DNA of 61,622 nucleotides, filler included. It is 5 parts of 5 records of this genome, joined end to end, with 100 filler letters (N's around TTAATTAATTAA, not from the genome) between each part and the next. Parts side by side here need not be neighbours in the genome. Positions count along the whole stretch, not along the records: positions 1 to 22,179 come from SRR31156797_10529; 4 more parts are not named here. The stretch is one strand, 5' to 3'. The notes under the pieces are model-generated. The model saw only the letters and a program-made list of their open reading frames with translations, did not search any database and had not been told where the DNA came from. Below, in pieces: positions 1 through 9,370 of the stretch. How positions within the stretch are numbered: position 1 is the stretch's first letter; each line of letters opens with the position of its first letter. The position numbers and the translations under genes were made by a program.

Positions 1-417
1 TTCGCCCATGAATACTTTTTCGCATTCCCATTTCTTGTCGGCGTCGGTCATTTCATATTTTTCGGTAACCTTCATGGTGGCGTAAACTTCGCCAGCATTT
101 ACCAGAGCAATTTCGTCACCTTCGTTAATTTCGCCAGCATCAGCAGCAGATACGTCGAGGGTGATAGGTACAGGCCAGAAAGTACCATCTGCCATCTGAA
201 AGGTTTCACAAACGCCTTTCCAGTCGGCTTTTGTCATAAAGCCTTCAAGAGGGGAGAATCCACCAATACCCATCATGATCAAATCGCCTTTAGCGCGATC
301 AGTAACTTCTACCTGCTTCAGGCCTTTAGCTTTTGCCAATTCTGCCTCAAGCTCAGCTCCTTCAAGCAAAGCACAAACAAGACCTTTACCGCCGTGAGGC
401 GCAACTAATTTACTCAT
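1..417 (-). CDS. sat: Sulfate adenylyltransferase, N-terminal 139 aa (runs off the window edge; not in the ORF track)
   Basis: Manual translation from the ATG at 417 gives MSKLVAPHGGKGLVCALLEG...GDLIMMGIGGFSPLEGFMTKADWKGVC...DGTFWPVPITLD, typical of dissimilatory Sat. GAGAGGG RBS upstream. Confidence 0.95.
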   Translation of the reverse strand, partial: MSKLVAPHGGKGLVCALLEGAELEAELAKAKGLKQVEVTDRAKGDLIMMGIGGFSPLEGFMTKADWKGVCETFQMADGTFWPVPITLDVSAADAGEINEGDEIALVNAGEVYATMKVTEKYEMTDADKKWECEKVFMGE

Positions 418-931
418 AACGTACCCTCTCTGTTTAGTTATCAATAGGAATATATGCCTATAATAAATATCCGTTCGACATCATCAAATCAGACTTTGAA
501 CTTAGCTGCAGTGCAGTAAACTGAACCGCTATTCAGTAAGTGATACTATTTAAATGGGAGAGCATAAGAAGTCAAGAAAAAAAACTCATAGATTTAATCA
601 AAGAAAATGATAAAGGCCACGTTCTCTTAAGAAAACGTATCCTCTATATTGAAGCAACTGGATAAGTGGGCTTGCTGAACAGCAGGCCGCATACTGATTT
701 ATTATGTAACAAATGTCAATCACAACAGCGCAAATACCCAACGAAGATGACCTACGATCCCTCAGCATAGGCAGCAACAGGTATCAAAGTGCAGAATAGC
801 TGCCCTCTCCATTAAAAAAAGTGCTCATTTATTGTTCTCATAAAATAGCTCTTTTTCAATCGTTTGCATCCGATGACGAGACGCCCTTCCCTTTTCGATG
901 ATCAGGTTACTCTGTAAACAGCTTATTATGA

Positions 932-960
932 GGCATGCGCAATATAGTATTGCGCATGCC
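932..960 (-). terminator. Perfect 13-bp hairpin just after the pilY1 stop
   Basis: GGCATGCGCAATA-TAG-TATTGCGCATGCC; U-tail on the minus strand is weak. Confidence 0.6.
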
Positions 961-978
961 AAAAACATTACGCCGAGT

Positions 979-3900
979 TTATCTTCGTTCAAGCCAACTG
1001 GACTTACCCGACTTTGTTTGACCTGGAGTATCCTGTTGTTCTATCTTTATTGCGCCAGTACTTGTCTGCAGGACCGCCTTTGAGCCCTCTCCCCTACCAA
1101 CGTGGAGGTTTGGAGAAATTGTCAGTCCACTTCCCACACTGATATTTTTACTTACGGTAGCTGGGGTTCCGCCATCGCCCCCATCATTAAAGATATGCCC
1201 AGTGTATGATGACCCTGTCGTGTAATATAATGCCCACAGGTAACTCTCACCATCGATTAAACAAGGATTACTTATAACATCAGGCGGCACATATGTTGTA
1301 AACGTTAGGACCTCGCCAAGCAGGGCAGCTTGCCCAATGTTTCTTTCACCATCATTAGAAAAGTCAAGTACCCAGCCAGACTTACCAGCATTGTCCTCAT
1401 CCCCCTCTATTTCCTCAATAAGCTCATCCCAACTGGTGATAGAAGAGTTACTGTCCGTAATGGATCCATCTGTTTTTACCCAAACATCGGTCACATCAAG
1501 CAGTTCATCTCTTCCCACTGTACCCCAGTTAAAACTCCCGTCGTCTGCCTGCGGTTCCTTGACTCCGTAATAACTCTGTTGGTCAAGGTTCGCTTCGTCC
1601 GCCTCCACAAAATACCGCCCTGTACCCCAGAATATCCAACGGTTAGCTTCCGTATCAAGTGCAACGCTTACAGCAGCTGTTATCGGTTGCCCTTCGTTTG
1701 CAGTACCGTCGGTATCTGTATCAAAAACTGCGGTTGAATCGAGCAAGACACTGTCTAAAGTCCAATAAGAAGGTGCCAAAACAGTATCATCGCTATTCTC
1801 AATTAAAACTCTTCTCAACTTACCGCCCCAACCATCATCTTCACTGCCGCTTACAGTTCCAAAGTAAAGAGCATCAGCCTGGAAATTAAGATCATAATCG
1901 ACGGCTATCGGATCTGAGACAAAGGTATTAGCTCCAAACACCTGTGCATATAAAGGCTCATCCGGAGTCGACGTGTCATATTCAGTGAGCGCTCCATCTG
2001 TTCGTAATGTTACCAGTTTTCGCTCTTCACTGCTTAGACCAAGTTTGTTTAAGTCAACTACATACAATTTGCCGGTCGTATCACTTGTTGCAGTATCTAG
2101 ATCATTGGGACCATTGCCAAACACCAGATACCATTTATTATAATCTTCACTGGTTTCATCAAAGGTAATTGCATCTGCGTCATCCGCATCAGCCTCTGTA
2201 CGCTTATCACCTTCTATATCGGAGTTACGAACAGGTACGGCAGTAGGATAGCAAGTTGTAAAACCTAATCCGGGAAAACTTAGCTCAGCCAACACCTCAG
2301 GTGGTGCTTCTGGATTTGTGATGTCTAAAATAAAATATGCTGACCCCATGGTGCGATCAGTATCTGAGTCGTAAGTGCCATACGAGTTGATATCCGTCTT
2401 ATCCATATCCACTCTAATTTCGCCGCCGCCAAGGCGCATGCCGCCAACTAATACAGTTCCCCACCCATAGGGATGTATACATTCTTCATGGGTTCTACCT
2501 TTCGAGCTATCAGTACAGGCGTCCTCCTCCTCAAATATTTTAGCATCAAAAACTCTTGGTTTAAGATCGTTATAATATACATGGGTGGTATCGTAGTCTG
2601 CACCTGTCAGCCAATAAAGATGCGGAAGCAGGTTATATGGAATATACCCCCACAGCTCTGCTCCCAAATCAATATAATCAGCCGAGTCTTCGCAAATCAA
2701 GCCATCGGTCTCATCAACGTTACAGCTTTCCCAGTACTTATCATAGGTATAGGTATCTGTGTCCGAATCAAAATAGGATTCTCTAAAAAAGCCAGCATTA
2801 AACGCATGGAAGATGCCATCATTTGTCCCTAAATAAACCACACCGCGACGATACTGATACCGTGCCGCAAAGGTACTATAACTTCGGTCTCGATAAAGCA
2901 GGTTGTATCCTTCACTAGGCCCTGCAACCATAGTCGGTGTTGAGTATATTGCATCACCCAGCCGCCATTCATTGCTGTCAACTGTTCGTTTTCTGAAAGC
3001 AGGAATAGGATAATATTCATCTGTTCCTGTTATAATAGTTAGGTCGTACTCACCATTATTATCTGCATCTTCTTTGTCCTGGTCTTCACCTCGCACAAAG
3101 TCTATGACTCTCTTTGTCTGAATTTGCAGATACTCGGTAAACGGTCTGGTGGTAGTTGCCGCATCTGCTTCAACAGCTTCTTTTTCTTCTGCCATCAAAG
3201 AACTTGTTTGATTATCAAATGACCACGTTGAAGATGCATCCCCATTCCCCTCCAACGATGAATACAGGGTCAGATAGGGGTAAATCTTGGCACTATTTTT
3301 CAAGAGGTCAGGATCATTAATCTTTTCAACGGCCCCAGCCAAACAGTCAGCATCTGGGCATGTAAATGCAACTTGTTCCCCACTATCAACCAGCATGTCT
3401 TTATCATTATCGATAAAGGTAAAAAGGTACCGTTTAGCATTGGGATTTTCACTGCTGTACTCCGTGAAATCATCCACTGGCCGTTGTAGTTGAATATTTG
3501 AATCCTCTATGGTGTTAAGCCAGTCAGAACCTTTCCAAAGAAAATCAACATCGCCAATATCAGTAGCACATTCAGTGCAATAATCGAAATCACGGCATTC
3601 TGTTAACCCTTCAAGACATGTCGAGTCGGTCCCACAGTCATCTTCATCAGAATCTCGAAACCCGTTACAGTCTTTGTCTGCCTCAAAACCACACGTTTGA
3701 AAAGCAGGCGATGCAGTTTCTTCTTCACAATCATATGTATAAAGGCCGATACCCAACGGATCAAGATAAAGATCTGCTTTCCCGTCATCACGAAAAACCA
3801 CAATTTTATCTGTTTCCATTGTCAACTTATGATCCTGAGATCCAGGTGCAGGAATCGTATCCTCGCGCAGATTTCCATAATCATCGATTAACAGAGTCTG

Positions 3901-6558
3901 CAATTCTCCAATCCACTGGGCTTGATCTTTCTGTTGATAGAAAAGCGCCTGATAGATAGCACCAACCCCAGACCTTGACTGCGAAACAACGCCTGCTGCA
4001 GTTCCTGAAGAGGCCTGGTTCTGAATTTTAATAAAAATATTCTCTAACACACTGGACAAGGTGTTCCCATCTTCTGCAGCATAGGCTTGCCCTCCAGCAT
4101 TGTCTGCAGTTTGCTGCAAAATAGGACGGATTGTGCCGCCAGCAAACCCAACAGTGTAAATGGTCAGATTCTCTGTTGTAACATCATTGCCTTCGTCATC
4201 CACGATGTCACTTCGTAAATCGTTCTCATGAACGTATTTAGCGACATCATCAAGATTGTTTTCCGCGTCCCTTTCATTACCGGCAAACTCTTCTCCATCA
4301 GCAAATTGGTCACAAATTCGGGCATCTTCCCCGTTCTCGTCTTCATCATAATCAATATACGTAGTGGGTACACAACCATCCTTAAAGGGGTAACCATCTG
4401 TAAAGATCAAAACAAACGAGTCTAAACAATCAATTAATTCTCCAGTGTCGGCATTTATAACATAGGGGTCCCACTCATCACTAACTTGATAGGGCTCGTA
4501 ATCAATTTGATCGTCGTACTCCATTTCAGAGGTTTGCCTGAAGTAGTTTGACACTTCAACCAGGTTTTCAGCTATAGGTGTTGTTCCCCATACAAGAGGA
4601 TAATGCTCAATGGCATCCACAATAGTAAGCAGGTGATCATCTGCCTCAGATGGATCGTTTGGATTTCCTTTAACATAGGTATCAATGGTGCGGAATTTTG
4701 CTTCAGCTTCTGAAGCTACGAATCCATCCTGCCCTTTCTTCTTGTTGCTATCATCAACATACGGGATGTCGATGAAAGGGTTTTTCGGCAATTTCAGACG
4801 TAATGTTCCACCATCTTTTGTGTAGCCAGTATAGATAGAACCATTTTTATCCTGATAATCATAATTATAAAAACTGACTCCCAAACGCACATCGTTGTAC
4901 ACATTGTGCATAAGTCCTTCAGGTTCATCATAGGTAAGTACAGCCACATTGTATTCGATGTTTGATTCCAATGTAATATGCAGATACCCTACATCTTCGG
5001 GATTATGATCCTGGTCATCATCCACAGATGTATCTTCTTCAACCAGTATAGCCTGGTCCGTTAACCTCAAACTCGCTGTATCGGATCCATTATAGGACTG
5101 TAAATTTGCCAGTAAAAAACCACCGCTTAAATCATAACTAAAATCACTTCGATTTTTACTGTTGGTAACAGAGTCAACTCCAACTTGAATTGTTCCATCT
5201 GCCCAGTCGGTGTACTCACCAGTCTGCACAGCTATGTAACTCACAGTTTCAGTACTCGGTAAGGCAAGAGGATGATCTAATTCCTGTGCCTGCAATCCCA
5301 GACTCAAACCTGCTGAAGAAACATTTAACATCCTGACAGCAAGAACACGTGAGTTCACATTAGTTACCTGAGTCGCCAGTATTGCGGGAGAAGAAGTAAA
5401 TGTCCCAACTGGAAAGGTAATGGCTGCAGGATTGACGGCTGCAGAAAGAGCTGCCTGGTCAGCATGAATAACAGGGCCATCTTCTATTTCATGGGTGCCT
5501 CTTTCAACCACCATATAATAGGCTCTTTCATCAACATGTCCTTGATTGTGGGAAGAACCGTCTTTTGTTTCCCACTCAAGTACTTTGATTTTAAACCCGG
5601 TCGAAGTAACATCTTTAATACGGACAACAGATGGATCACTCCCCTCTAGCGTTAATGGTCCAGCTGTAACGATGGGATCGGTGTAGGTGTTTTCAAAAGT
5701 AATAGTTTCCCAATTATTATCAAATTTTGAAGTTTGCCCCACTTCTCCTATAACCACACTGCTTGTTACAAGATTACCGTCAGCATCTGTTTCCTCTTTT
5801 TCGGCCCGAAGATAAGCTACTCCCTGGATAACCTGTAATTTTCCATAAGGATCGTATCCACCAGTTGTAACAACTGGTCCTTTTTTAACTGGACTGGTTA
5901 ATGTAAAAGAGGCCTTTGCATAGGGTGAGACATCAGCACTATCGGTATAACTTTTTGATAAATCTCGATCCTCGGGTTCGTTATTACCGATTATTTTCCA
6001 TGTATCGGGTTCACCATCGCTATCTGTATCAAGTCCTGCGCGGTTTTCTATTTTCCCGCCAACCAAAACCATTCGTGCAGAATCGATACGACGGGTGGTT
6101 AACCAATTAAGAAACTGTCCGCTCCAGCAATTCGCGCCAGCACCGATGGTGCATGTTTCGTCCGGAACGAAAGCGCCAACCTTGGTTGTATCAAGGGTAA
6201 CATCATAAGCATCGTCGGCATCGCCACCATAGTTACTAGTATCTACTGCAACTGCCGCGTTTACACCTACGTCATCAATGTAGGAGTAATTCTTATAAGC
6301 ATCAAACATCCCATAATGAGGCGAGGTTCCTCCAATACCATCGGGGTTATAAGTACTGCCATACATTGTATCTTTCATGCTGCCTGAGTTATCCAGCATG
6401 ACAACAACATTAGGCGGCACAGAAGAGGTACTGAAAGGAGGATTTGAAATATAATCTTCGACTTTAGCTGCATTAAGAGAAACAGCAAGTAAACTGACTG
6501 CGACAGCAGCCAGAATAATAATTTTTGACACGTACAATTTCATAAATTTCATTGTCAT
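979..6558 (-). CDS. pilY1: PilY1/PilC-family type IV pilus tip adhesin, 1859 aa (signal peptide, vWA, insertions, C-terminal beta-propeller)
   Basis: MIDAS-like LDNSGSM; WRLGDAIYSTP, GTNDGIFHAFNAG, ELWGYIPYNLLPHL, GWGTVLVGGMRLGG, FWGTGRY; last gene of the minor-pilin operon. Confidence 0.93.
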   Translation of the reverse strand: MTMKFMKLYVSKIIILAAVAVSLLAVSLNAAKVEDYISNPPFSTSSVPPNVVVMLDNSGSMKDTMYGSTYNPDGIGGTSPHYGMFDAYKNYSYIDDVGVNAAVAVDTSNYGGDADDAYDVTLDTTKVGAFVPDETCTIGAGANCWSGQFLNWLTTRRIDSARMVLVGGKIENRAGLDTDSDGEPDTWKIIGNNEPEDRDLSKSYTDSADVSPYAKASFTLTSPVKKGPVVTTGGYDPYGKLQVIQGVAYLRAEKEETDADGNLVTSSVVIGEVGQTSKFDNNWETITFENTYTDPIVTAGPLTLEGSDPSVVRIKDVTSTGFKIKVLEWETKDGSSHNQGHVDERAYYMVVERGTHEIEDGPVIHADQAALSAAVNPAAITFPVGTFTSSPAILATQVTNVNSRVLAVRMLNVSSAGLSLGLQAQELDHPLALPSTETVSYIAVQTGEYTDWADGTIQVGVDSVTNSKNRSDFSYDLSGGFLLANLQSYNGSDTASLRLTDQAILVEEDTSVDDDQDHNPEDVGYLHITLESNIEYNVAVLTYDEPEGLMHNVYNDVRLGVSFYNYDYQDKNGSIYTGYTKDGGTLRLKLPKNPFIDIPYVDDSNKKKGQDGFVASEAEAKFRTIDTYVKGNPNDPSEADDHLLTIVDAIEHYPLVWGTTPIAENLVEVSNYFRQTSEMEYDDQIDYEPYQVSDEWDPYVINADTGELIDCLDSFVLIFTDGYPFKDGCVPTTYIDYDEDENGEDARICDQFADGEEFAGNERDAENNLDDVAKYVHENDLRSDIVDDEGNDVTTENLTIYTVGFAGGTIRPILQQTADNAGGQAYAAEDGNTLSSVLENIFIKIQNQASSGTAAGVVSQSRSGVGAIYQALFYQQKDQAQWIGELQTLLIDDYGNLREDTIPAPGSQDHKLTMETDKIVVFRDDGKADLYLDPLGIGLYTYDCEEETASPAFQTCGFEADKDCNGFRDSDEDDCGTDSTCLEGLTECRDFDYCTECATDIGDVDFLWKGSDWLNTIEDSNIQLQRPVDDFTEYSSENPNAKRYLFTFIDNDKDMLVDSGEQVAFTCPDADCLAGAVEKINDPDLLKNSAKIYPYLTLYSSLEGNGDASSTWSFDNQTSSLMAEEKEAVEADAATTTRPFTEYLQIQTKRVIDFVRGEDQDKEDADNNGEYDLTIITGTDEYYPIPAFRKRTVDSNEWRLGDAIYSTPTMVAGPSEGYNLLYRDRSYSTFAARYQYRRGVVYLGTNDGIFHAFNAGFFRESYFDSDTDTYTYDKYWESCNVDETDGLICEDSADYIDLGAELWGYIPYNLLPHLYWLTGADYDTTHVYYNDLKPRVFDAKIFEEEDACTDSSKGRTHEECIHPYGWGTVLVGGMRLGGGEIRVDMDKTDINSYGTYDSDTDRTMGSAYFILDITNPEAPPEVLAELSFPGLGFTTCYPTAVPVRNSDIEGDKRTEADADDADAITFDETSEDYNKWYLVFGNGPNDLDTATSDTTGKLYVVDLNKLGLSSEERKLVTLRTDGALTEYDTSTPDEPLYAQVFGANTFVSDPIAVDYDLNFQADALYFGTVSGSEDDGWGGKLRRVLIENSDDTVLAPSYWTLDSVLLDSTAVFDTDTDGTANEGQPITAAVSVALDTEANRWIFWGTGRYFVEADEANLDQQSYYGVKEPQADDGSFNWGTVGRDELLDVTDVWVKTDGSITDSNSSITSWDELIEEIEGDEDNAGKSGWVLDFSNDGERNIGQAALLGEVLTFTTYVPPDVISNPCLIDGESYLWALYYTTGSSYTGHIFNDGGDGGTPATVSKNISVGSGLTISPNLHVGRGEGSKAVLQTSTGAIKIEQQDTPGQTKSGKSSWLERR

Positions 6559-6568
6559 CCCCTATACC

Positions 6569-7267
6569 TCAATATTGGCAGCCAACTAAACCACTGATAA
6601 AATGCCGCCATTCAATAGCCAGAATTGATTCACTCTTATTTTTCCCGATATGTTGAGAATGAATTTCATACAGTATGGTACCGCCCCCACTTGCAGCTCC
6701 TTTTCCTTTACCCTCATAGCCGGCTGCCATTTGAATAGCACTTCCGGCTATATATTGCGTCTCACCCCAAACAGCTATATTAGTACGTGGGTCGGTATCC
6801 CTGGTATTATCTGGAGCAGCAGGATCAAGTGGCAGTCGAAGAACACGAAAGCTATCAGATGGGACGTCACCGAGTTTTACAGAGGCAGAAGCACCAGGAA
6901 GGTCTGCTATGGTTTCTACTAAGGAAAACTCATTGTCAAATATATCAACACCGCCAAGGGAAAAGTAGGAGGAGGTAGTTGCATCGTTGGAGTCGAAACC
7001 GGAGGGCGCCAAGGAAAACCCTGTAGGACAGCGAAGATTCTGCTCCAATATTTCTATAGTTGCCTCCAGCCCACCATCACTTTTATGAAAAGACTCTCCT
7101 GCTGTTTTATCGTTACCAGAAATCTTTAGTTCCATGATGGTTGTTGAGGTAGCGGCTATACCGATGAGAGTAAGCACGACAAGCATCAACAGGGCAGCAA
7201 CCAAAACAAAGCCGTTCTCGTTCATGCTATTCGATATATTTCTTTTATGCATAAAGTGTCCTGTCAA
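6569..7267 (-). CDS. pilX: PilX-like minor pilin
   Basis: ENG|FVLVAALLMLVVLTLIGIAA: prepilin site lacking Glu5, as in PilX; lies before pilY1. Confidence 0.85.
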   Translation of the reverse strand: MTGHFMHKRNISNSMNENGFVLVAALLMLVVLTLIGIAATSTTIMELKISGNDKTAGESFHKSDGGLEATIEILEQNLRCPTGFSLAPSGFDSNDATTSSYFSLGGVDIFDNEFSLVETIADLPGASASVKLGDVPSDSFRVLRLPLDPAAPDNTRDTDPRTNIAVWGETQYIAGSAIQMAAGYEGKGKGAASGGGTILYEIHSQHIGKNKSESILAIEWRHFISGLVGCQY

Positions 7268-7764
7268 ATAATGTCTGTCTTAATATAATCGTAGACAACC
7301 CGGCGAGTTTTTCCTTGCTGATCAGAGGTAACAATAACCCGAATGGTCTTCGTGTTCGGAACAGGTACACCCTCGGCAATATTCCAATATATGGTATAAA
7401 CACCATCACTATCCCTGTGGTCTGCGGTGGCATCGGTATCATTGTTTAGTCCGAATTCATTTTCGGGTCCGCTGTCGTCAACTCCATTGAGATTGGTATC
7501 TTTCCCTGTTCCGTCACCTGTACGGTCACACATAGGATCATCAGCACAACTGAGCGTACCATCCCGATAAGGCATATTATAAATCTGCTCCAATCTATCC
7601 GTTGCCCATGCAGATGCCACAGTAATTCTATTGGCCTGGGCATTACCTTTGATAGAGGTTACTTGCATTGTCTGCAAAGTGAGAATGCCAATGGCTAATA
7701 CAGCCATCGCGATGACCGCTTCTATCAGGGTAAACCCTTTTTCATTTTGTATATTTGCAGACAT
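7264..7764 (-). CDS. pilV: PilV-like minor pilin
   Basis: EKG|FTLIEAVIAMAVLAIGIL N-methylation motif; operon position. Confidence 0.85.
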   Translation of the reverse strand: MSANIQNEKGFTLIEAVIAMAVLAIGILTLQTMQVTSIKGNAQANRITVASAWATDRLEQIYNMPYRDGTLSCADDPMCDRTGDGTGKDTNLNGVDDSGPENEFGLNNDTDATADHRDSDGVYTIYWNIAEGVPVPNTKTIRVIVTSDQQGKTRRVVYDYIKTDII

Positions 7765-7765
7765 A

Positions 7766-8578
7766 TTAAAGTCCCATATTACGTGCTTGTATGGTCATGG
7801 TAATAAAACGTCTTCGATAGTTGTCGTTAAATGGCCCCCAGTTAGGTACAGCAGAAGATGGGGTTGTGTAGGTCATGGTATGGGTAAAGTTTGGATCGGG
7901 TTTATCAGCCCGAGCTAACAAGGCAACTTGAATGGTTCTGACATCACTTGGATTAGCCGGAGTCGTTGTTTGGGAGTCATCAGCTAAAGTATAAAAAAAC
8001 TCAACCCCTTCGATATTTTCTGCTATGGGTTGAAGGCCGCCGGCACCACCAAATTCGCATGCAAGGGTAAACAGATGGTCAATCGTATCTAAAGTGCCGT
8101 CTCCGTCGGCATCCCCAGGTTTGCCGCCAGCCCATTGCCCGTCAGCTCCACTTCCATTTGATAAGTCGTCGTATGATATCGCGTATCGAATTTGCTCATT
8201 GGAAGCAGGAGCCCCTATGATATTATCTAAAATATTCTCATCTGCCTCATCAAAGTCACCATCACCATCATTATCAATTCCATCACCAATATTTTTAGTG
8301 AGCTCAAATTCTGTAGCAGTAGCTTTGGTAATAGTCGCTCCAGCCTTTTTAGTTGGATCATACCCTGCCATTCGTACATCGGTCATCATGAGCTCTAATG
8401 CTGCTCGCAAATTCTGCTGCATTTCAGCAACTTGATCCTGTGCTAAGTAACTATCCTGTTGAGATTGATAAGCAGCGAAAATCCCAGCCATGATAAAACT
8501 GGAAATAACAAGGGCAATAAGTAATTCTATTAAAGTAAAACCGGTTTGCTGTTTACACTTCATCAGGTTAAAATTCAT
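7766..8578 (-). CDS. pilW: PilW-like minor pilin (likely start 8578, TAATG overlap with the fimT stop)
   Basis: TG|FTLIELLIALVISS; QQNLRAALELMMTDVRMAGY; PIAENIEGVEFFY. Confidence 0.88.
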   Translation of the reverse strand: MNFNLMKCKQQTGFTLIELLIALVISSFIMAGIFAAYQSQQDSYLAQDQVAEMQQNLRAALELMMTDVRMAGYDPTKKAGATITKATATEFELTKNIGDGIDNDGDGDFDEADENILDNIIGAPASNEQIRYAISYDDLSNGSGADGQWAGGKPGDADGDGTLDTIDHLFTLACEFGGAGGLQPIAENIEGVEFFYTLADDSQTTTPANPSDVRTIQVALLARADKPDPNFTHTMTYTTPSSAVPNWGPFNDNYRRRFITMTIQARNMGL

Positions 8579-9207
8579 TAATCCCACCCCGTCCCCACCC
8601 ATTTTTTTACACGAACAACTCCGCTGACCAATGTGCCAAGAGCGTAAGATGTAGTATTCTCTTTATGCGTGAGATACACATACCCTGCGTTACAGGTGCC
8701 CTTAGTTGTAAAAATTAAAGTTTTTATAGGGCCACCACCTGCGTAACTTACAAAGCTCCCATCAGCAGGAAAGGCACCGCCGCTTGTTGTGGCGTTTACA
8801 GTAGCACTGCCCTTGCCAAAGTGAATACCTTGATTATACGTATTAAAATCAACAGTGACTTCACATGTATTATCACTGAGAGCTGTCCAGTCGTTGTCAA
8901 CACCATCGTCTGAGCATATATGATACTGGCCATTGGCAGTGTCAAAGATCAGGGCCCAAGGTGCATTTTCCTTAATTGCATCAAAACGAGCTCCCTGCAT
9001 ATTTGCCCGGAGATCTTGAGCCGCTGACTTAAGCTGCATATTGGGCAGCCATTTGCGGTAAGTAGGGATTGCTATTGATGCCATTAACGAAATAACCACT
9101 GCTACGGTAATCACTTCAGTAAGTGTAAAACCGCCTGTTGGTGAAGATAGAAAGTGTTTTGGTACGGCATCTTTATTGAGTGAAATTTTCCCAGCCCTTA
9201 TTTTCAT
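8578..9207 (-). CDS. fimT: FimT/GspH-family minor pilin
   Basis: GG|FTLTEVITVAVVISLMASIAIP; LKSAAQDLRANMQGARFDAIK. Confidence 0.82.
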   Translation of the reverse strand: MKIRAGKISLNKDAVPKHFLSSPTGGFTLTEVITVAVVISLMASIAIPTYRKWLPNMQLKSAAQDLRANMQGARFDAIKENAPWALIFDTANGQYHICSDDGVDNDWTALSDNTCEVTVDFNTYNQGIHFGKGSATVNATTSGGAFPADGSFVSYAGGGPIKTLIFTTKGTCNAGYVYLTHKENTTSYALGTLVSGVVRVKKWVGTGWD

Positions 9208-9256
9208 GATTTACCCTAACATATAAAGAAATATCAATTACCGCTCAACGTAGACA

Positions 9257-9272
9257 TACATTTTCCATGCCA
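9257..9272 (-). promoter_or_regulatory. Possible sigma54 promoter of the minor-pilin operon
   Basis: Minus strand TGGCATGGAAAATGTA: -24 GG at correct spacing, but -12 is GT rather than GC. Confidence 0.35.
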
Positions 9273-9370
9273 TAAAACAAAAGGCCTAATGACGTGAAAT
9301 TGTGCCCCTTGCCTGGTTGACAAAAAAACTTTTTGTTAACAAACTTTACAGATCTCACGAAACTATTAAT

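Noticed and set aside
430-900. Rex operator or sigma70 promoter upstream of sat
   Set aside because: TTGACT is present on the minus strand but has no well-spaced -10, and I found no convincing Rex palindrome.
898-1083. 61-aa + strand ORF
   Set aside because: It overlaps the pilY1 3' end and its hairpin, with no motif.
1330-6110. Many short ORFs overlapping pilY1, and similar shadow ORFs over other long genes
   Set aside because: Antisense or out-of-frame shadows with no recognisable motifs.
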